From Octopus vulgaris (taxonomy: Eukaryota): a DNA stretch of 64,000 bases. Location of the stretch: contig OX597825.1 of assembly GCA_951406725.2 (NCBI GenBank), positions 72,850,001 through 72,914,000 of the forward strand, in the 5' to 3' direction. Both the position numbers and the translations under genes were made by a program. Shown here piece after piece: positions 55,121 through 64,000 of this stretch (its first letter is position 1; the number at the start of each line of letters is the position of its first letter). The notes under the pieces are model-generated. The model was not told the origin of the DNA and did no database searches. It worked only from the letters and a program-made list of their open reading frames with translations.

Positions 55121-55197
55121 AAAACTGTCTGATGAACGGCAAGGAGAAACTCAGAGTAACAGATTTTGTTGAATTTTCTGCTGCTTAAAATAAAGTA
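55121..55197 (+). ncRNA. Degenerate hammerhead/pLTR fragment, same family as 30255
   Basis: AAAACTGT-CTGATGA-ACGGCAAGGA-GAAA-CTCAGAGT-A-ACAG followed by the same TTTTGTTGAATTTTCTGCTGCTT tail. Stem II is disrupted. Confidence 0.6.
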
Positions 55198-55248
<51 letters not shown>

Positions 55249-55489
55249 GGCAAAGACAGTGACTACCTGAAAATTAGCATATATATATATATACACACAT
55301 ATTCATACATGTAAATATTCTTTTATTCTTTTATTCGTTTACTTGTTTCAGTCATTTGACTGCGGCCATGCTGGAGCACCGCCTTTAGTCGAGCAAATCG
55401 ACCCCAGGACTTATTCTTTGTAAACTCAGTACTTATTCTATCGGTCTCTTTTTGCCGAACCGCTAAGTGACGGGGACGTAAACACGCCA

Positions 55490-55566
<77 letters not shown>

Positions 55567-55578
55567 CATGTATGAATA

Positions 55579-55634
<56 letters not shown>

Positions 55635-55912
55635 GCATTTTAAATAAACGACGGATAAAAAACGAAAATATGTATACATTCGTGTGTGTGTGTTTGGTAA
55701 TGCAAACAGGAAAAACAGAGCTCAAAACATGAGAATGAATGTTTTTATTTATAATCGGCAGAAGACAGAGTAACTCAAGTGTCAAGAGTTTCGTGTATTG
55801 GCACTTATCACACTGTGTGTGTGTGTATGCATGTATATTATATGTGTGTATGTGTGTGTATATTGTTAGTGTGTGTGTGTATCTGCAGCAAAAATTGAAT
55901 ATTTATATAGAT

Positions 55913-56560
55913 AGGCGCAGGAGTGGCTGTGTGGTAAGTAGCTTGCTAACCAACCACATGGTTCCGGGTTCAGTCCCACTGCGTGGCATCTTGGGCAAGT
56001 GTCTTCTGCTATAGCCCCAGGCCGACCAATGCCTTGTGAGTGGATTTGGTAGACGGAAACTGAAAGAAGCCTGTCGTATATATGTATATATATATAAGTG
56101 TGTGTGTATATGTTTGTGTGTCTGTGTTTGTCCCCCTAGCATTGCTTGACAACCTATTTTTTATTACCCACAAGGGGCTAAACATAGAGGGGACAAATAA
56201 CGACAGACATAGGTATTAAGTCGATTACATCGACCCCAGTGCGTAACTGGTACTTAATTTATCGACCCCGAAAGGATGAAAGGTAAAGTCGACCTCGGCG
56301 GAATTTGAACTCACAACGTAACGGCAGACGAATACGGCTACGCATTTCGCCCGGCGCGCTAACGTTTCTGCCAGCTCGCCGCTTGACAACCGATGCTGGT
56401 GTGTTTACGTCCCAGTAACTTAGCTGTTCGGCAAAAGGAGACCGATAGAATAAGTACTGGGCTTACAAAGAATAAGTCCCGGGGTCGATTTGCTCGACTA
56501 AAGGTGGTGCTTCAGCATGGCCGCAGTCAAATGACTGAAACAAGTAAAAGAGTAAAGAGT
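55913..56560 (+). mobile_element. Family A SINE with a nested C2 SINE
   Basis: The host is interrupted at GCTTGACAACC. Confidence 0.9.
56155..56380 (-). mobile_element. SINE subfamily C2 with 9-11-bp TSD
   Basis: GCTTGACAACC at 56144-56154 and 56381-56391. Confidence 0.92.
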
Positions 56561-56680
56561 ATATTAATATTGTTATTATTATCGAAGTCAATACAAATAG
56601 TCCATAATAACAACAATATTAACATAGGTGGTTGCGGGTAGACACTGCAATGTGGTCCCTGATTACTATGTATGTGTGAC

Positions 56681-56719
<39 letters not shown>

Positions 56720-57417
56720 AAAATCTACCACTCTCTCTCTCTCTGTCTATTTCTATTTTCCTCTCTCTCTCTTTACCCTTTCTCCTCCTCTCTCCTTTCC
56801 CTCTTCCCCTTTGCCCTCTCTCTGTTTACCCTTTCTCCCCTTCTCTACTTTCCCTCTCTCTATTTACCCTTTCTCCCCACTCTCATTTCCCCCCCCCTTG
56901 CCCTCTCTCTCTCTTTACCCTTTCTCCCTCTCTCTCCTTTCCCTCCCCCATTTGCCCTCTCTCCCTCTCTCACTTTGTAACTACTGACACTGCCACAACT
57001 CCAACGAACTATCGCTACCACCACCACCACCACCACCCTTATCAGCCTTACCAATACCGGAGGCAAATTCATAATCACATGGCATTGCCGTAATAGAAAC
57101 ACAGAGAGAAAGTGCATGTGTGTATCTATCATGTACGAGAGAGACGTACAAAAAATTCAACATTGTAGACATTCAGGCATATAAATGTAGACAAATATAC
57201 ATACATATAAAGGTATCTATTTATAGAGGCGAAGGCAGGGATGTGTGGTCGAGAAGCTTATTTTGCATTCACGTGGTTTCGAGTTCAGTTCCACTGCGCG
57301 GCACTTTGTGAGTGAATTTCGAAGGAGGAAACTGTGTGGAAGCCTGTCGTGTGTGTGTGTGTGTGTGTGTGTATATGTATGTGTGTGTGTATATGTATGT
57401 GTGTGTGTGTGTGTGTG

Positions 57418-57775
57418 TAGCTTGCTTACGAACCACATGGTTCCGGGTTCAGTCCCACTGTGTGGCACCTTGGGCAAGTGTCTTCTACTATAGCCTCGGG
57501 CCGACCAAAGCCTTGTGAGTGGATTTGGTAGATGGAAACTGAATGAAGCCCGTCTTCATGTGTGTATATATATATGTTTGTGTGTCTGTGTTTGTCCCCC
57601 ACCATCGCTTGAAAACCCCCTGCAACTTAGCGGTTCAGCAAAAGATACTGATAGAATAAGTACTGGGCTTACAAAGAATAAGTCCTGGGGTCGATTTGCT
57701 CGACTAAAGGTCGTGCTCCAGCATGGCCACAGTCAAATGACTGAAACAAGTAAAAGAGTAAAAGGGTAAAAGAGT
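57418..57775 (+). mobile_element. Family A SINE
   Basis: Consensus match. Confidence 0.85.
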
Positions 57776-57821
57776 ATAAATACGTACGCACACAGACAGA
57801 CAGATGGATGGGCAGACAAGC

Positions 57822-57854
<33 letters not shown>

Positions 57855-58278
57855 TGTTGATAATTCTCTTCAACTCCTGGCAGGTGAGGGTTTTACATGG
57901 CTGGATTGCAAATCCTAGCTCAGTCATTTTTAGTTGCTATTTACGACATGCAGAGAAAACATTGGGTCTATTCTTTGACATGCCAGTCCCCACACAGCTC
58001 TAGAGCAATGTGGAATGAAGTGCTTTGCTCAAGGACATAACACACCACCCAATCCAGGAACTGAACCCCCAATCTGATGATTGTAAGTACAACACCCTAA
58101 CCACGCACCTTCACATGAAGTATGCTGCTGGCTCTTAAATGCAAATTAAAAAGAAATGAACCAAGCATACTTTGCTGGATGTGCCATGTTAGTGTGCATG
58201 AATGACAAAGAACAACACCAATTTCCTATGCCCTCCGATCTTCTTATCTCCTTTTCCTCTCCCTCTGTTACATATACA

Positions 58279-58424
58279 CAGTGCCGTCTTACCCTGGAAC
58301 CTCATGGGTTTAGGGACCCAATTCTGATTTCTGTATTTGGTGGGTTGCTGTCAATAAATATATACTATAGGGTCCCAGGTCATTGATTTGCCCAGGGACC
58401 TATAATGCTGCTAAGACAGCCCTG
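58279..58424 (+). mobile_element. hAT/Tip100-like MITE
   Basis: Ends CAGTGCCGTCTTA ... TAAGACAGCCCTG. Confidence 0.6.
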
Positions 58425-58621
58425 CCTATATCCTCATACTCCTCCTGCCCCCTTTTTTTTCTGAATCATGATGTTTGAGTATAGAGGGATTGAATATGGA
58501 GGGTTTGCACTCTGGCAAACTTTACTGCACTCTCCCTGATTCTCCTCTACCACAATTTCTTGGCCATGTTACCTTGAGGACACACTCTGTCTCCTCTTCT
58601 TCCTCCTCATCATAATACCTG

Positions 58622-58890
58622 TAGGCACAGGAGTGGCTGTGTGGTAAGTAGCTTGCTTACCAACCACATGGTTCCAGGTTCAGTCCCACTGCGTAGCACC
58701 TTGGGCAAGTGTCTTCTACTATAGCCTCAGGCCGACCAAAGCCTTGTGAGTGGATTTGGTAGACGGAAACTGAAAGAAGCCTGTCGTATATATGTATATG
58801 TATATATATGTGTGTGTGTTTGTGTGTCTGTTTGTCCCCCCAACATCACTTGACAACTGATGCTGGTGTGTTTACGTCCCCGTAACTTAG
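58622..58890 (+). mobile_element. 3'-truncated family A SINE
   Basis: Consensus match up to CGTAACTTAGC. Confidence 0.88.
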
Positions 58891-59192
58891 CTCAACTTTG
58901 CCTTTCATCTTTTTGAGGTTGACAAAATAAATACCAGTGGGATCAAAGTACCATTGGGGTCAACCTCCCATATCATCATCATTGTTTAACGTCCGCTTTC
59001 CATGCTGGCAAGACACCTGAAAACTGGTAAGCTGCACCAGGTTCCAGTCCGATTCGGCAAGGTTTTTACAGCTGGGTGCCCTTCCTAATACCAAGCACTC
59101 CAATAGGTGCGATTGATGATGACACTGGCATTGGCCACAACTACGATCTCACTTCGCTTGACAGGTTTACACAAGCACCTCCACCGAAATTG

Positions 59193-60170
59193 CTGGCCCT
59201 CTGTATCCTGGCCCTCTGTGTCCTGGCCCTCTGTATCCTGGCCCTCTGTGTCCTGGCCTTCTGTATCCTGGCCCTCTGTGTCCTGGCCCTCTGTATCCTG
59301 GCCCTCTGTGTCCTGGCCCTAATTGCTGGCCTTCTGTATCCTGGCCCTCTGTGTCCTGGCCCTAATTGCTGGCCCTCTGTATCCTGGCCCTCTTTGTCCT
59401 GGCCCTAATTGCTGGCCCTCTGTATCCTGGCCCTCTGTGTCCTGGCCCTAATTGCTGGCCCTCTGTATCCTGGCCCTCTGTGTCCTGGCCCTCTGTATCC
59501 TGGCCCTCTGTGTCCTGGCCCTCTGTGTCCTGGCCCTCTGTATCCTGGCCCTCTGTGTCCTGGCCCTAATTGCTGGCCCTCTGTATCCTGGCCCTCTGTG
59601 TCCTGGCCCTCTGTATCCTGGCCCTCTGTGTCCTGGCCCTCTGTGTCCTGGCCCTCTGTATCCTGGCCCTCTGTGTCCTGGCCCTAATTGCTGGCCCTCT
59701 GTATCCTGGCCCTCTGTATCCTGGCCCTCTGTGTCCTGGCCCTCTGTGTCCTGGCCCTAATTGCTGGCCCTCTGTGTCCTGGCCCTCTGTATCCTGGCCC
59801 TCTGTGTCCTGGCCCTAATTGCTGGCCCTCTGTATCCTGGCCCTCTGTGTCCTGGCCCTAATTGCTGGCCCTCTGTATCCTGGCCCTCTGTGTCCTTCTC
59901 CCTAATTGCTGGCCCTCTGTGTCCTGGCCCTCTGTGTCCTGGCCCTCTGTGTCCTGGCCCTCTGTATCCTGGCCCTCTGTGTCCTGGCCCTCTGTGTCCT
60001 GGCCCTCTGTGTCCTGGCCCTCTGTATCCTGGCCCTCTGTGTCCTGGCCCTAATTGCTGGCCCTCTGTATCCTGGCCCTAATTGCTGGCCCTCTGTATCC
60101 TAACCCTAATTGCTGGCCCTAATTGCTGGCCCTCTGTATCCTGGCCCTAATTGCTAGCCCTAATGTATCC
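59193..60170. repeat. ~1-kb GC-rich minisatellite of 15-bp units CTGGCCCTCTGT(G/A)TC with 13-bp CTGGCCCTAATTG variants
   Basis: Direct inspection. Confidence 0.97.
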
Positions 60171-60529
60171 TTCTTTTTATTCAAAAGCAGTATGATGCAA
60201 ATTAGTCATGTGCAGACTGCAGCCCACAGCTTCCAATTCCCTCCAATTTTTCAGTAATGCATAGTGCGATCCATGTTATGATGAGCCATGTTCTCATGGG
60301 GGCCTGCTTCTACAAAAAAGGTTAACTATGCTTGAGGTAAAACGAGGGCTTGCAGCTCGCTGCACTTTCCAGCAATTTGAGTGACGATGAATGCAGCCAT
60401 CAGACCCACAATCTCATGTCATTCACACCAAACAGATTTCCACATCTCCCTCCAACCTTATATATCATATATCAACACACACACACGCACACACACACAG
60501 GCACACACACACAAACACGCACACACACA

Positions 60530-60591
<62 letters not shown>

Positions 60592-61011
60592 GAATGTTCT
60601 TCATGTAACAGATGGTACCATCATTTCAATGATTATGTCAACTGTTTTATTGAAATAAGATTTCTATAACATTTCTCTCATGCTGGCTATTTTACTAATT
60701 GATGTGTATAAATATCCAACAGCATATATATGCGTGTGCATGGATGTATGTGTGTATACATATTTGTGTTTATATATATATATATATATATTGTATACAT
60801 ACTTACATATACATATATGTAAGTGTATGTATAAGATTTCTATAACTTTTATGTCATGTTGGCCATTTTCTTAATTAATGCCTATAAATATACAAATACT
60901 TACAACATATATACTAATGATAGTACAGTTTATGATTTATACGTATATATATGTATGTACCTATATCTATATCTATCTATCTATCTATCAATCTATATAC
61001 ACACATATATA

Positions 61012-61052
<41 letters not shown>

Positions 61053-61955
61053 TATACACACACATATATATATATGAATATATATATAAATACATGTATG
61101 TGTATATATGTATATATGCATGTGAGTATATATATGTGTATGTATATATGTGTGTGTGTGTGTGTACATATATACACACACACACACAAACACACACACA
61201 CATACAAACACACACACACACATATATATATAGGTGCAAGAGTAGCTGTGTAGTAAGTAGCTTGCTTACCGACCAGATGGTTCTGGGTTCAGTCCCACAA
61301 CGTAGCACCTTGGGCAAGTGTCTTCTACTATAGCCTTGGGCCGACCAAAGTCTTGTGAGTAGATTAGGTAGACAGAAACTGAAAGAAGCCCATTGTTTGA
61401 AGCAGTCATGGAACTCTTGCGAAGTGTTGCCTTTTTATTCCTCCATTATTTTTTTCCTTCTCCTTTCACATCTGCAAAACATTTCCCTTTAAGGACTTTT
61501 TTCATTCAGTGTAACAAAAAAAAGGCATAGGAAACAAGATCAACTTCCAATTGTTCTTTCAGTTTACAACAGGCTACAATCGTGACTGCTTTTGATATTC
61601 CGTGAGCAAGTGAGGACCAAATTATGCTGTAACTCTTTTTATTTGCAATTCCTTCTTCAGGTGTCTTGGGGGAAATTTCAAACCTGGGTTCTCATTCCTG
61701 GGGTATTTTTCAGGCATATGGTGTAGTGGTTAAGAGCACAGGCTGCTAACTCCAAGATTCCGAGTTCTATTCCAAGCGGTGACCTGAACAACAACGACAA
61801 CGACGACGATGACGACAACAACAACAACAACGACATCAACAATGACAACAACAACAACAACAACAACAACAATGACAACAACAACGATAACAATAATAAT
61901 AATAATAATAATAATGATAATAATAATAATAATTATTATTATTATTATTATTATA

Positions 61956-62283
61956 ATGGCTCAGTGGTTAGAGTGTCGAGCTTACGATCGTGTGGTTGTG
62001 AGCTCAAATCCTGGACCGGGCTGCGTGTTGTGTTCTTGAGCAAGGCACATTATTTCACGTTGCTCCAGTTCACTCAGCTGTAGAAATGAGTTGCGACGTC
62101 ACTGGTGCCAAGCTGTATCGACCTTTGTCTTTCCCTTGGATAACACTGGTGGCGTGGAGAGGGGAGGCTGGTATGCATGGGTGACTGCTGGTCTTCCATA
62201 AACAACCTCGCCCAGACTTGTGTCTAGGAGGGTAGCTTTCTAGGTGCAATCCCATGGTCTGTGTCGTGACCGAAGGGGGTCTC
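61956..62283 (+). mobile_element. Family B tRNA(Arg)-like SINE
   Basis: TGGCTCAGTGGTTAGAG...CTTACGAT (ACG anticodon-like). The body is the reverse complement of the copies in 2233-2969. Confidence 0.85.
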
Positions 62284-62360
62284 CGTCTCCGAATAATAAT
62301 AATAACAACAACATCAAAAATTACCTTAGGAATGAGAACCCAGGTTCGAAATTTCCCCAA

Positions 62361-62406
62361 GACACCTGAAGAAGGCTGAAGGGTATATCAGCCGAAACGT
62401 TGTGTT
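62361..62406 (+). ncRNA. Minimal type I hammerhead ribozyme (Penelope-type)
   Basis: GACAC-CTGAAGA-A-GGCTGA-AGGGTATA-TCAGCC-GAAA-CGT-T-GTGTT, with palindromic ACGT stem III and predicted GUU cleavage after 62401. Confidence 0.8.
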
Positions 62407-62504
62407 AACAACAAACAAGATGAGGACAAATATCCATCGAATGTAAATAATGTAAATAATCTCATAAAACAGGTAGAATATTCGGGCTCAATATGACCAG
62501 TGAT

Positions 62505-62728
62505 TCTTTATCATTCAGATTATTCTGTCAAATATAATGCTTATTTATTCACATTGCTTTGAATTAATCATGCAGTGTCTTCAAAGCTTCAAGATTTCAA
62601 TAGTCTGTTTCTATATTCTTTGAATGACATTGTAGGGTAGGTGTGAGAGGCTGGATATGGTCAGTTTTAACATAAAACAGATTGAATATTTGAGCCGGAT
62701 ATGACCGAATTAAATGTTACAGGGTTAA
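62505..62728 (+). mobile_element. TTAA-ended MITE, same family as 2032-3005
   Basis: Colinear similarity, ending CAGGG-TTAA. Confidence 0.7.
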
Positions 62729-63876
62729 ATGCCAGAGGATTAAGCCAGGTACAATATTTTTCAAGCATATTTTCAAAACAAATCTTTGTCAGGATTAGAA
62801 TTTGATAGGGACATTGTGTTATCTCTAGGCATTATAAATAATGTATCAATGCTCAATATAATTTCAACACATAAATCCTCACATTTTTAGCAATTTATCT
62901 TGTATCTATTACTTGTGTCAGCCTTTGCACTACAGCCATGCTGGGGCACCACTTTGAAAGGTTTAGTTGAACAAATAAACTCCAGTGCTTACTTTTTTTT
63001 TTACTTTGGCTTTTATTTTGTAGGTCTCATAGGTTAAAGTTAGAGGGACGCAAACAAACCAACACTGATTGCTAAATAATGGTAGGGTGCAACAACCATG
63101 ACCAACAGTTAGTGAGATGCTGTTGCTGCTGCTGTTGTTGTTGTTGTTGTGTTTAAGCAACAAGAAGGGTAAGGGTGATTAGGTGATGGTCTAGGGCTTA
63201 GGGGCGGGAGACCCCAGACCTTGGGAAAAAAAAACTTTGGTCGTCTTGGTGTAGTCAAGGGCTCTTCGTTGACGCCCGACACCACTGGGAGGTGGCCTTC
63301 GAAGTCGCTGGAAATGGAGATCTCCAGGTCCAAATTCTTGAACGGCTGCTGCTAACCTAAATGCCAAGCAGTTTAAAATACTGAAGTCTACATAGACACA
63401 CATTTCTTTGGCTGTTCCCTTTTAAAGATAGACCTTTGCACCCGAAATGTAAAGTTTTTTGCAAAACCTTCTGCATTGCTAGAAGCTTTCTTTATTTCCC
63501 TTTTCTTTCATGTTCTACTTCTGTACTACAATGCTTCAAGCAAACTACAACACTCTTAGATATACATACATAAATTATAATTTTAATAATAATTATTACC
63601 TTTGAAGGTTTTTTATTTCCATGCTGGCCACTTGATAAGATCGTTATTTAATTTAAATTAGCGATCTTGTCCTCATTTATATAAATTTAAATTTATTTCA
63701 TCACTGTATTTACTGTGGTGATGTTTTAACCATATTGCATGATGAAGTTCCGAAGCAGGCAATTTAAACTGGTCGTGTTGCATACATGCATATATAAGTA
63801 TGTATACGTTCATATATGTAAGTATTTGTATGTTGTATGTATATATATATGTGCATTTATGTTACTCTCTGCGTAT

Positions 63877-63935
63877 ATTCCACTGATGAGGCAAAGCATT
63901 TCTAAATGCAAAGTCAGAAATCCGGGAGCTGGAAT
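63877..63935 (+). ncRNA. Type I hammerhead motif with long stem II and a mutated cleavage triplet
   Basis: ATTCCA-CTGATGA-GGCAAAGCATTTCTAAATGCAAAGTCA-GAAA-TCC-G-GGA-G-C-TGGAAT. Stem I is a perfect 6 bp, but U16.1 is replaced by G. Confidence 0.65.
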
Positions 63936-64000
63936 TATCCAGTAATTTTTTACTAGTTTTATTTTGTCTTTTTGTCTTCTCTCCTTGTGCTGTATGGGCA

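Larger units (their letters stand above)
61651..62460 (+). mobile_element. Second family H element (inverted partial arm, tRNA head, (AAC/AAT)n, hammerhead tail), interrupted by a family B SINE
   Basis: 61651-61710 is the reverse complement of 62315-62375. The head ATGGTGTAGTGGTTAAGAG...GAGTTCTATTCC and the tail match 27200-27445. Confidence 0.85.

Overview
AT-rich, repeat-saturated animal (eukaryotic) DNA, most likely from an octopus or other coleoid cephalopod. That assignment is inferred from the tRNA-headed SINE families and the microsatellite load. No convincing intact protein-coding gene is present, and nearly all listed ORFs are microsatellite or SINE artefacts. The window contains about 30 copies of one CORE-like SINE, several other SINE families (Deu/Nin-like, Arg-tRNA-like, RTE-related), decayed mariner, Tc1-like and R4/Dong-type LINE remnants, a non-autonomous Helitron, several MITEs with exact TIR/TSD boundaries and several minisatellites. 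A few possible minus-strand (5'UTR or first coding) exons lie between about 50.9 kb and 26.7 kb. The most striking signal is about ten minimal type I hammerhead-ribozyme motifs from at least five sequence families, often in inverted arrangements like Penelope pLTRs. These include a short element, seen twice, that fuses a Pol III tRNA-like head to a hammerhead-bearing tail.
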